Shown in pieces: positions 1-16,700 of a stretch of DNA of 64,000 nt. The translations under genes were made by a program, and so were the position numbers. Numbering within the stretch: position 1 is the stretch's first letter; the number at the start of each line of letters is the position of its first letter. The notes under the pieces are model-generated. The model saw only the letters and a list, made by a program, of their open reading frames with translations. It searched no databases and had not been told where the DNA came from. This DNA comes from the human T2T-CHM13v2.0 reference genome, Homo sapiens: assembly GCF_009914755.1 (NCBI RefSeq), contig NC_060946.1. The stretch is one strand, 5' to 3'.

Positions 1-22
1 ACAGAATTGAACTTTTCTTTTG

Positions 23-3564
<3,542 letters not shown>

Positions 3565-5160
3565 CATCATCCAAGACCAAAAGTTGATAAAACCACAAAG
3601 ATGGGGAAAAGACAGAACAGAAAAACTGGAAACTCTAAAAAGCAGAGCGCCTCTCCTCCTCCAAAGGAACGCAGTTCCTCACCAGCAATGGAACAAAGCT
3701 GGATGGAGAATGACTTTGACGAGCTGAGAGAAGAAAGCTTCAGATGATCAAATTACTCTGAGCTACGGGAGGACATTCAAACCAAAGTCAAAGAAGTTGA
3801 AAACTTTGAAAAAAATTTAGAAGAATGTATAACTAGAATAACCAATACAGAGAAGTGCTTAAAGGAGCTGATGGAGCTGAAAACCAAGGCTCGAGAACTA
3901 CATGAAGAATGCAGAAGCCTCTGGAGCTGATGCAATCAACTGGAAGAAAGGGTATCAGCCATGGAAGATGAAATAAATGAAATGAAGTGAGAAGGGAAGT
4001 TTAAAGAAAAAAAATAAAAAGAAATGAGCAAAGCCTCCAAGAAATATGGGACTATGTGAAAACAACAAATTTATGTCTGATTGGTGTACCTGAAAGTGAT
4101 GGGGAGAATGGAACCAAGTTGGAAAACACTCTGCAGGATATTATCCAGGAGAACTTCCCCAATCTAGCAAGGCAGTCCAACGTTCAGGTTCAGGAAATAC
4201 AGAGAACGCCACAAAGATACTCCTCAAGAAGAGCAACTCCAAGACACATAATTGTCAGATTCACCAAATTTGAAATCAAGGAAAAAATGTTAAGGGCAGC
4301 CAGAGAGAAATGTCGGGTTACCCACAAAGGGAAGCCCATCAGACTAACAGCGGCTCTCTCAGCAGAAACCCTACAAGCCAGAAGAGAGTGGGGGCCAATA
4401 TTCAACATTCTTAAAGAAAAGAATTTTCAACCCAGAATTTCATATCCAGCCAAACTAAGCTTCATAAGTGAAGGAGAAATAAAATACTTTACAGACAAGC
4501 AAATGCTGAGAGATTTTGTCACCACCAGGCCTGCCCTAAAAGAGCTCCTGAAGGAAGCACTAAACATGGAAACAAACAACCGGTACCAGCCACTGCAAAA
4601 TCAGGCCAAAATGTAAAGACCATCAAGACTAGGAAGAAACTGCATCAACTAACGAGCAAAATAACCAGCTAGCATCATAATGACAGGATTAAATTCACAC
4701 ATAACAATATTAACTTTAAATGTAAATGGACTAAATGCTCCAATTAAAAGACACAGACTGGCAAATTGGATAATGAGTCAAGACCCATCAGTGTGCTGTA
4801 TTCAGGAAACCCATCTCACATGCAGAGACACACATAGGCTCAAAATGAAAGAATGGAGGAAGATCTACCAAGCAAATGGAAAACAAAAAAGACAGGAGTT
4901 GCAATCCTAGTCTGTGATAAAACAGACTTTAAACAAACAAAGATCAAAAGGGACAAAGAAGGCCATTACATAATGGTAAAGGGATCAATTCAACAAGAAG
5001 AGCTAACGATCCTAAATATATATGCACCCAATAGAGGAGCACCAAGATTCAGAAAGCAAGTCCTGAGTGACCTACAAAGAGACTTAGACTCCCACACATT
5101 AATAATGGGAGACTTTAACACCCCACTGTCAACATTAGACAGATCAATGAGACAGAAAGT
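3565..5160 (+). mobile_element. Inverted 5' portion of the same L1: end of 5'UTR, ORF1 (ATG 3601, stop 4616, disrupted) and start of ORF2 (ATG 4680)
   Basis: ORF1p peptides MGKRQNRKTGNSK.. and ..FQPRISYPAKLSF..; ORF2p start MTGLNSHITILTLNVNGLNAPIKRHRL. TSD TGAACTTTTCTTTTG at 8-22 and 5160-5174. Confidence 0.93.
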
Positions 5161-8100
5161 GAACTTTTCTTTTGATTGAGAAGTTTTGAAACACTCTTTT
5201 TGTAGAATCTGCAAGAGGATATTTGGAATGATTTGAGGCCTACGGTGGAAAAGGAAATACCTTAACATAAAAATTAGACAGAAGCTTTCTGAGAAACTTC
5301 TTTGTGATGTTTGCGTTCATCTCACAGAGTTGAACCTGTGTTTTGATTCAGCAGTTTTGAAACACTCTTTTTGTACAATCTGCCAGTGGATATTTGGAGC
5401 GATTGGTGGCCTACGATGGAAAAGGAAATATCTTCACATAAAAACTAGACAGAAGCATTCTGAGAAACTTCTTTGTTAAGTGTGCATTCAACTCAGAGTT
5501 GAACACCTGTTTTGTTTTAGCAGCTTGGGTATAATCTTATTGTAGTATCTGCAATTCGATATTTGGTGTGCTTTAAGGCCTATGGTGGAAAAGGAAATAT
5601 CTTCACATAAAAATTAGACAGAAGCGTTCTGAGAAACCTCTTTGTGATGTGTGCATTACCTCAAAGAGTTGAACATTTCTTTTGATTGAGCAGTTTTGAA
5701 ACACTCTTGTTGTAGTATCTGCAAGTGGATATTTTGGCACTTGGCAGTCTCTAGTGGAAAAGGAAATATCTTCACATGAAAACTAGACAGAAGCATTCTG
5801 AGAAACTTCTTTGTAATGTGTGCATTCACCTAAGAGAGTTGAGGCTTTCTTTTGATTGAGCAGTTTTGAAACACACTTTTTGTAGAATCTGCAAGTGGAT
5901 ATTTGGTGCACTTTGGGGCCTATGGTGGAAAAGGGAATATCTTCACATAAAAACTAGGCAGAAACAATCTGAGAAACTCCTTTGTGCTGTGTGCATTCAA
6001 CTCACAGAGTTGAACCTTTCTTTTGTTTGAGCAGTTTTGAAACACTCTTTTTGTAGAATCTGAAATTGGATATTTGGAGCTCTTTGTGGACTCTAGTGGA
6101 AAAGGAAATATCTTCACATAAAAACTCGACAGAAGCATTCTGAGAAACTGTTTTTTGATGTGTGCATTCATCTCACAGTGTTGAGCCTTTCTTTTGATTA
6201 AGCATTTTTGAAATACTCTTTTTGTAGAATCTGCAAGTGGATATTTGTGTCGCTTTTAGCCCAATGTTGGAAAAAGAAATATCTCCACATACAAACTGGA
6301 CAGAAGCATTCTGAGAAACTTCTTTGTGATGTGTGCATTGAACTCACAGACTTGAACGTTTCTTTTGATTAAGCAGTTTTGAAACAGTCTGTTTGTAGAA
6401 TCTGCAATTGCATATATGGAGCGCTTTGGGGCCTAGAGTGGAAAAGGAAATATCTTCACATAAAAACTAGACAGAAGCAATCTGAGAAACTTCTTTGTGA
6501 TGTGTGCATTCATCTCACTGAGTTCCAACTTTCTTTTGATTGACCAGTTTTGAAATACTCTTTTTGTAGAATCTGCAAGTGGATATTTGGGGCTATTTGA
6601 GGCCTATGTTGGAAAAGGAAATATCTTCATTTAAAAACTAGACAGAAGCATTCTGAGAAACTTCTTAGTGATGTGTGTATTCATCTGAGAGAGTTGAACC
6701 ACACTTTTGATTGAGGAGTTTGGAAACAGTCTTTTTGTCGTATCTGCATGTGGATATTTGGAGCGCTTTGATGCCTATGGTGGAAAAGGAAATACCTTAA
6801 CATAAAAATTAGACAGAAGCATTCTGAGAAACTTCTTTATGATGTTTGCATTCATCTCACAGAGTTCAACCTTTCCTTTGATTGAGCAGTTCTGAAACAC
6901 TCCTTTTGTAGAATCTGCAAGTAAATATTTGGAATGCTGTGAGGCCTATGGTGGAAAAGGAAGTATCTTCACATAACAACTGTGAACCAGGTTTCCTAAA
7001 AACAGCCTTGTGATGTGTGCATTCATCTCACAGAGGTAAGCATTTCTTTTCTCTGATCAGTCTGGAAACTGTTCTTGTACAATCTGAAAAGGGGTATTTT
7101 TGATCACTTTGAGGCCTATGTTGACAAAGGAAATATCTTCAAATACAAATTATAAGAAAAGTTTCTGAGATACTTCTTTGTGATATGTGCATTCATCTCA
7201 CAGATTTGAACCTCTCTTTTGATTCAGCAGTTTGGAAACAGTATTTTTGCAGAATCTGCAAACGGATATTTGTGAGCATTTTGAGGCCTATGCAGAAAAA
7301 TTAGTATCTTCACAGAAAATGATAAAGAAGTTTTCTGAGACACTGTTTGTGATGACTGCATTCATCTCACAGAGGTAAACGATTCTTTTCTTTGATCATT
7401 TGGGAAACTCTGTTGTTTTAGAATCTGTTAAGGGGTATTTGTGAGTGAATAGAGCCCTATGGTGAAAAAGGAATTGTCTTCACATAAAAACTAGACAGAA
7501 GCATACTGAGAAACTTCTTGGTGATGTGTGCATTTATCTCACAGAATTGAAACTTTATTTTGATTGAGCAGTTTGGAAACGTCTTTTTGTGGTATCTGTA
7601 AAGGGATATTTCTGAGCACTTTGAGGCCTATGGTGAAAGAGAAAATATCTTCACATAAAACCTAGACTAAAGAATTCTGACAAACTTCTTTGTGATGTAT
7701 GCATTCATCTCACAGAGTTCAACAATTCTGTTGATTGAGCAGTTGGGAAACTGTCTTTTTGTAGAATCTGCAAAGGTATATTTTTGAGTGCTTTGAGGTC
7801 TGTGGTTAAAAGGAAATATCTCCACATGAAAACTATAAAGAAGGTTTGTGAGAAACTTCTTTGTGATGTGTGCATTCATCTCACAGAGTTGAACCATTCC
7901 TTTCACTCAGCAGTTTGGAAACAGTCTTTTTTTAGGATATGCATAGGGATATTTTTTAGCACTTTGAGGCCCATGGTGAAAAAGGAAACACATTCACATA
8001 AAAACAAGATAAAAGCTTTCTGAGAAACATCTTTTTGATATATGCATTCATCCCACAGAGATGAACCTTTCTTTTGATGAGCAGTTTGGAAACAGTATTT

Positions 8101-10861
8101 TGTAGAATTTCCAAAGGGTTCTTAGTTAGCGCTTTGTGTCCTGTGTTGAAAAAGGAATTATCTTTACATAAATACTAGACAGAATATTTCTGAGAAACTG
8201 CTTTGTGATGTGTGCTTTCATCTCACAGAGGTAACCATTTCTCTTCATTGAGCAGATTGGAAATTCTGTTCTTGTAAAACCTGCAAAAGGATATTTGTCA
8301 GCGCTTTGAGGTGTATGGTGAAAAAGGAATTATCTTCATGTAAAAACTAGACAGAAGCTTTCTGTGAAACATCTTGGAGATGAGAGAATTCATCTCACAG
8401 AGTTGAAACATTCTTTTGATTGAGGAGTTTGTAAACAGTATTTTGGTAGGTAGAATCTGCAAAGGGATATTTGTGATGCTTTGAAGCCTATGGTGGAAAA
8501 GGAAATATTTTCACATGAAAACTAGAGAGAAGCTTTCTGAGAAACCTCCTTGTGATGTGTGCATTCATCTCACAGATTTGAATCTCTTTTTGGATTGAGC
8601 AATTTGGTTATAGTATTTTTGTAGAATCTGTAAAGACATATTTTTGAGATCTATGAGACTTATGATGAAATAGGAAATATCTTCACATAAAAACTAGACA
8701 GAAGCTTTCTGAGAAACTTCTTTGTGATGTGTGCATTCATCTCATAGAGTTCAACCATTCTTTTGATTGAACAGTTTGGAAACAGTCTTTTTGTAGAATC
8801 TGCAAAGGGAGATTTATGAGTGCTTTGAGGCCTATGGTGAAAAAGGAAATATCTTCACATAAAAATTAGAGAGAGGCTTTCTCAGAAACCTCTTTGTGAT
8901 GTGGGCATTCAAGTCACAAAGATGAAACTTAATTTTGATTAAGCAGTATGGAAATGGTCTATTTGTGGAATCTGCAAGGGATATTTGTCAGGACTTTGAG
9001 TGCTATGGTGAAAAAGGAAATATCTTCACATAAAAAATGGACAGAAGATTTCTGAGAAACCTCTTTGTAATGTGTGCATCCATCTCACAGAGTTTAAACA
9101 TTTATTTGATTGAGCAGGTGAGAAGCAGTCTGTTTGCAGAATCTGCAAAGGGATATTGCTGAGCACTTTGAGGCCTATGGTGAAAAAGGAAATACCTTCA
9201 CATAAAAACTATAAAGAAGGATTCTGAGAAACTTCTTTGTGATGTATGCATTCATCTCATGGAGTTGAACTATTTTTTTTGATTGAGCAGTTTGGAAACA
9301 ATCTTTTTGTAGAATTTGCAAAGGGATATTTTTGAGCGCTTTGAGTCCTAGGGATATTTGTGAATGCTTGGAGGTCTATGATGAAAAAGGAAATATCTTC
9401 ACATAAAAACTAGAGAGAAGCTTTCTGAGAAACCTCTTTGTGGTGTGCATACATCTCACAGAGTTGAACCTTTCTTTTGATTGAGCAATTTGGAAAAAGT
9501 ATTTTTTTGGAATCTGTAAAGGGATATTTGTGAGCACTTTGAGGCCTATGGTGAAAAAGCAAGTATCTTCACATAAAAACTAGACAGAAGCATTCTGAGA
9601 AACTTCTTCATGATGTGTGCATTCATCACACAGAGTTGAACCTTTGTTTTGATTGAGCCATTTGGAAACAGTCTTTTTGTAGAATCTGCAAATGGATATT
9701 TGGAGGGCTTTGAGGCCTATGGTGTAAAAGGAAATATATTCACATAAAAACCAGACTGAAGGATTCTGAGAAACTTCTTTGAGCTGTGTGCATTCATCTC
9801 ACAGTATTCAATAATTCTTTTTATTGAGTGGTTTGGAAACAGTCTTTCTGTAGAATCTGCAAAGGGATATTTGTGAGGGCTTTGAGGCCTATGGTGAAAA
9901 AGGAAATATCTTCATAGAAAAACCATAAAGAAAGTTTCTGAGAAACTTCTTTGTGGTGTGTGCATACATCTCACAGAGTTGAAACATTCTTTGGATTGAG
10001 CATTTTGCAAACAGTCTTTTTGTAGAATCTGCAGAGGGATATTTGTAGTGCTTTGAGGCCTATGGTGAATAAGGAATTATCTTCACATAAAAACTAGACA
10101 AAAGTTTTCTGAGAAATTTTTGTGATGTGTGCATTTATCTCATAGAGTTTAACATTTCTTTTGATTGAGCAGTTTGGAAACAGTCTATTTGTACAATCTG
10201 CAAAGGGATATTTAGGAGTACGTTGAGGCCAATGGTGAAAAAGAAAATATCTTCACATAAAAATTAGAAAGAAGCATTCTGAGAAGCTGCTTTAAGATAC
10301 GTGTATTCATCTCACAGAGGTAAACGTTTCTTTTCATTGAGCAGTTTGTAAACTCTGTTACTCTAGAGTCTGCAAAGGGATATTTTTGAGTGCTTTGAGA
10401 CTCACGTTGAAAAAGGAACTATCTTCACATAAAAACTAGTGAGAAGCTTGCTGAGAAACTACTTTCTGATGTGTGCATTCATCTAACAGAGTTGAAACTT
10501 TCTTTTGATTGAGCACTTTGGAAACAGTCTTTTTGTAGATTCTGCAAAGGTATATTTGAGAGTGCATTGAGGCCTATGTTCAAAAAGGAAATATCTTCAC
10601 ATAAACACGAGAAGGAAGTTTTCTGAGAAACTTCTTTGTGATGTGCACATTCGTCTCACAGGGTTGAAACATTCTGTTTAATGAGCAGTTTGGAAACATT
10701 CTTTTTGTAGAATCTGCAAAGGGATATCTGGGAGTGCATTGAGGCCTATGGTGAAAAAGGAAATATCTTCACATTAAAAGTAGAAGAAAGTTTTCTGAGT
10801 AACTCCTTTGTGACGTGTGCATTCATCACACTCAAGTAAAAGTTTCTTCCCATTGAACAGT
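5161..10861 (+). repeat. Monomeric alpha satellite (~171 bp), orientation 1
   Basis: Tandem ~171 bp units with CATTCTGAGAAACTTCTTTGTGATGTGTGCATTC and GGAAATATCTTCACATAAAAACTAGACAGAAG. Monomers are divergent and carry an A-type box (CTATGGTG[G/A]AAAAGGAA); no CENP-B box seen. Confidence 0.97.
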
Positions 10862-13069
10862 TAGTTTTTATGTGAAGATATTTCCGTTTTCATGATAGAC
10901 CTCAAACTGCCCACATATATCCCTTTGCAGATTCTACGAAAAGACTGTTTCCAACCTGCTCAATCAAAGAAAGCTTCCACTCTGTGAGATGAATGCACAC
11001 ATCACAGACAAGTTTCTCAGAAAGTTTCTGTCTAGTTTTTATTTGTTGATACTCTTTTTTTCACCATAGGCCTCAAACCGCTCATAAATAACCCTTTGCA
11101 GATTCTACAAAAAGAGTGTTTCCAAACTACTCAATCAAAAGAAAGGTTCAACTCTGTGAGGTGAATGCACACATCACAAAGAAGTTTCTCAGAAAGCTTC
11201 TGTCTAGTTTTTATTTGAAGATGTTTCCTTTTTCAATATAGGCCTCAAAGTGCTCACAAATGTCCCTTTACAGATTTTACAAAAAGACTGTTCCCAAACT
11301 GCTCAACTGAAACAAAGCTTCAACTCTTTGAGATGAATGCACACATCACAAAGAAGTTTCTCAGAAAGCTTCCATCCAGTTTTTATGTGAAGATATTTCC
11401 TTTTTCACCATAAGTCTCAAAGCATTCAAATTATCACTTTGCAGGTTCTACAAAAAGACATTTTCCAACCTGCTCTATCTAAAGAAAGGTTCAACTCTGT
11501 GAGAAGAATGCACACATCAAAAAGAAGTTTCTCAGAATGCTTCTGTCTAGTTTTTATCTGAAGACATTTCCTTTTTCACCATAAGCCAAAAAGGGATCTC
11601 AAATATCCCTTTGTACATTCTACAAAGGACTGTTTCCAAACAGCTCCATCCAAAGACAGGTTCAACTCTTTGGGATGAATGCACACATCACAACGAAGTT
11701 TCTCAGAAACTTCTGTCTAGTTTCTGTGTGAAGATATTTCTTTTTTCACCACAGGCTTCAAAGGGCTCACAAATATCGCAAAGCAGATTCTACAAAAAGA
11801 CTCTATCCAAACTGGTCAAGGAAAAGAACACTTCAAATCTGTGAGATGAATGAGCACATCTCAAAGAATTTTCTCAGAAACCTTCTGTCTAGTTTTTATG
11901 TGAAGATATTTCCATTTTCACCATAGACCTGAAACTGCCTACATATATCCCTTTGCAGATTCTACAAAAAAACTGTTTCCAAACTGCTCAATCAAAGAAA
12001 GTTTTTACTCTGTGAGATGGATGCACACATCACAGAGAAGTTTCTCAGAAAGTTACTGTCTAGATTTTATTTGTCGATACTCCCTTTTTCACTATAGGCC
12101 TCAAACTGCTCATAAATAACCCTTTTCAGATTCTACTAAAGGACTGTTTCCAAACTGGCCAATCAAATGAAAGTTCAGCTGTGTGAGATGAATGCGCACA
12201 TCACAAAGAAGTTTCTCAGAACGTTTCTGTCTAGTTTTTATGTGAAGATACTTCTTTTTCACCATAAGCCTCAAAGCTTTCACAAATTTTCCTTTGCAGA
12301 TTCTACAAAAAGACTGTTTCCAAACTGCTCAATCAAAAGAAAGGTTCAGTTCTGTGTGATGAATGCACACATCACAAAGAAGTTTCTCAGAAGGGTTCTG
12401 TCTAGATTTTATTTGTGGAGATGTCCTTTTTCACAATAGGCCTCAAAAAGCTCACAAATATCCCTTTGCATATTCTACAAAAAGACTGTTTCTAAACTAC
12501 TCAATGAAAGAAAATTCAACTCTGTGAGATGAATGCACGCATCACAAAGTGATTTCTCAGAATGCTTCTGTCTAGTTTTTATATGAAGATATTTCCTTTT
12601 TCACAACATACCTCACACCGCTCAAAAACATCCCTTTGCAGATTCTCCAAAAAGACTGTTTCCAAACTGCTCAATCAAAAGAAAGATTAAACTCTTTGAG
12701 ATGCATACACACATCACAAAGAAGTTTCCCAGAAAACATGAGTCTAGTTTTTATGTGAAGGTATTTCCTTTTCACCATAAGCCTCAAACAGTTCACAAAT
12801 ATCACTTTGCAGGTTCTGTGAAAAGACCGTTTCCAAACTGCTCAATCAAAAGAAAGTTTCAACCCTGTGAGATGAATGCACACATCACAAAGAAGTTTTT
12901 CAGAAAGCTGCTGTCTACATTTTATTTTTTGATATTTCCTTTTTCACCATAGGACTCAAACCACTGAAACATATCGCTTTGCAGATTTCACAAAAAGACT
13001 GTTTCCAAACTGCCCAATGAAAAGAAAGGTTCAACTCTGTGAGATGAATGCGCACATCACAAAGAAGTT
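10862..13069 (-). repeat. Monomeric alpha satellite, opposite orientation
   Basis: Reverse-complement monomers (TCTAGTTTTTATGTGAAGATATTTCC..GAATGCACACATCACAAAGAAGTTTCTCAG) from ~10,862. Confidence 0.97.
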
Positions 13070-13757
<688 letters not shown>

Positions 13758-16700
13758 AAAGCTTCTGTCTGGTTTTTATGTGAAGATATGTCTTTTTCAC
13801 CATAGGTCACAAATGACTAAGAAATACCCCTTTGCAGATTGAACAAAAAGACGTTTCCAAATTGCTCAATGAAAAGACAGGTTCAACTCTGTGAGATGCA
13901 TGCGCACATCATAAAGAAGTTTCTCAGAATGCTTCTGTCTAGTTTTTATGTGAAGATATTTCCTTTTTCACCATAGGCCTTAAACTGCTCCCAAATATCC
14001 TTCTGCAGATACTACAAAAAGACTGCTTGAAAACTGTTCTATCAAAGGAAACTTTCATCTCTATGAGATGAATGCACACATCACAAAGAAGTTTCTCAGA
14101 ATGCTTCTGTCTAGTTTTTATGTGAAGATATTTCCTTTTTCACCACAGGCCTCAAAGTGCTCCAAATATCCATTTGCAGATTCTAGAAAAAGACCATTTC
14201 CAAACAGCTACATGAAAAGAAGTGTTCAACTCTGTGAGATAAACGCACACATGAAAAAGAAGTTTCTCAGAATGCTTCTGTCTAGTTTTTATCTGACATA
14301 TATATTTTTCACCATAGACCTCAAACCGTTCAGAAATATCCCTTTGCATATTGTACAAAAAGACTGTTTCCAAACTGTCACATGAAAAGAAAGGTTCAAC
14401 TCTGTGAGATGAATGCAAACATCACAAAGAAGTTTCTCAGAAAGTTTCTGTCTAGTTTTTATGTGAAGATAGTTCCTTCTTCACAATAGGCCTCAAAGCG
14501 CTCCAAACATCCATTTGCAGATTCCACAAAAAGACTGTTTCCAAACTGCTCAATCAAAAAAATTTCAACTCTGTGAGATGAATGCTCCCATCACAAAGAA
14601 GTTTTTCAGAAAGCTTCTGTTTAGTTTTTATGTGAAGATATTTCCTTTTTCAACATAGGCTTCAAAGCACTCCACACATCCATTTGCAGATTCTACAAAA
14701 GAGTGTTTCCAAACTGCTCAATCAAAAGTAATGTTCAACTCTGTGAGATGAAAGAACACATCACAAAGAAGTTCCTCATAATGTTTCTGTCTAGTTTTTA
14801 TGTGAAGATATTTCATATTTCACCATAGGCCTCAAAGAGCTCACAAATATCCCTTTGCAGACTCTACAAAAAGACAGTTTCTGAACTGCTCCATGCAAAG
14901 AAAGGTTCAACTCTGTGAGACGAATACACATATAAAAAAGAAGTTTCTCAGAATGCTTCTGTCTAGTTTTTATGTGAAGATATTTCTTTTCCACCATAGG
15001 CAACAAACCGTTCAGAAATATCCCTTTGTAGATTACATGAAAAAACTGTTTCCAAACTGCTCAATCAAAAGAAAGGTTCAAACCTGTGAGATGAAAGCAC
15101 ACATCACAAAGAAGTTTCTCAGAATGCTTCTGTCTAGTTTTCATATGAAGATATTTCTTTTTCACCATAGGCCTCAAACCTCTCAGAAATATCCCTTTGC
15201 AGATTGTAGATAAAGACTGTTTCCTAACTGCTCCATCAAAAGAAAGGTTCAACTCTGTGAGATGAAAGCACACATCACAAAGAAGTTTCTCAGAAATCTT
15301 CTGTCTAGTTTTTATGTGAAGATATTTCCCTTCTAACGATAGGCCTCAAAGTGATCCAAATATTGATTTGCAGATTCTACAAAAGACTGTTTCCAAACTG
15401 CCCAATCAAAAGAAATTTTCACCTCTGTGAGATGAAAGCTCACATCACAAAGAAGTTCTTCAGAAAGTTTCTCACTAGATTTTATGTGAAGATATTTAGT
15501 TTTTCACCACAAACCACAAAGCACTCCAAATATCCATTTGCAGATACTTCAAACAGAGTTTTTCCAAACTGCTCAATCAAAAGAAAATTTCAACTCTGTG
15601 AGATGAATGCAAAGATCACAAACAAGTTTCTCAGAATGCTTCTGTCTAGTTTTACTGTGAAGATATTTCCCATTTCACCATGGGCCTCAGTGGGCTCACA
15701 TATATCCTTTTGCAAATTCTACAAAAAGACTGTCTAAGAATTTCTCAATTAAAAGAATGGTTTAACTTTGGGAGAAGAATGCACACATGAAAAAGAAGTT
15801 TCTCAGAATGCCTCTCTAGTTTTTATGTTAAGATATTTGTTTTTCACCTTAGGCCTCAAACCGCTCAGAAATATCCCTTTGCAGATTGTACAAAAAGATG
15901 GTTTCCAAACTGCTCAATGAAAACAAAAGTTCAACACTGTGACATGAATATGCACATCACAGAGAAGTTTTTCAGAAAGCTTCTGTTTAGTTTCTAAGTG
16001 AAGATATTACCTTTTTTACCATAGGCCTCTAAGTGCTCCAAATATCCTTTTGCAGAATCTACAAAAAGAGAGTTTCCAAACTGCTCAATTAAAAGAAAGA
16101 TTCAAATCTGTGAGAAGAAAGCACACATCACAAAGAAGTTTCTCATAATACTTCTGTCTACTTTTTTTGTGAAGATATTTCCTATATCACCATAGGCCTC
16201 AAAGGTCTCAAAAATATCCCTTTGCAGACTGTACAAAAACACAGTTTTCAAACTGCTCCATGAAAAGAAAGGTTCAGCTCTGTGAGATGAATGCACACAT
16301 AATAAATTACTTTCTCATAATGCTTCTGTCTAGTTTTTATGTGAAGATATTTCCTTTTCACCATAGGCATCAAACCATTCAGAAATATCCCTTTATAGAT
16401 TGTACAAAAAGACTGTTTCCAAACTTCTCAATCAAAAGAAAGGTTCAAACCTGTGAGATGAATGCACACATAACAAAGAAGTTTCTCAGAAATCTTCTGT
16501 TTTGTTTTTATGTGAAGATATTTCCTTTCTCAACATAGGCCTCAAAGCAATCCAAATATCCATTGGCAGATTCTACAAAAAGACTGTTTCCAAACTGATC
16601 AATCAAAACAAAATTTTAGCACTCTGAGATGAAAGCACACATCACAAAATAGTTACTCAGACAGCTTCTCTCTAGTTTGTATGTGAAGATATTTCCTATT

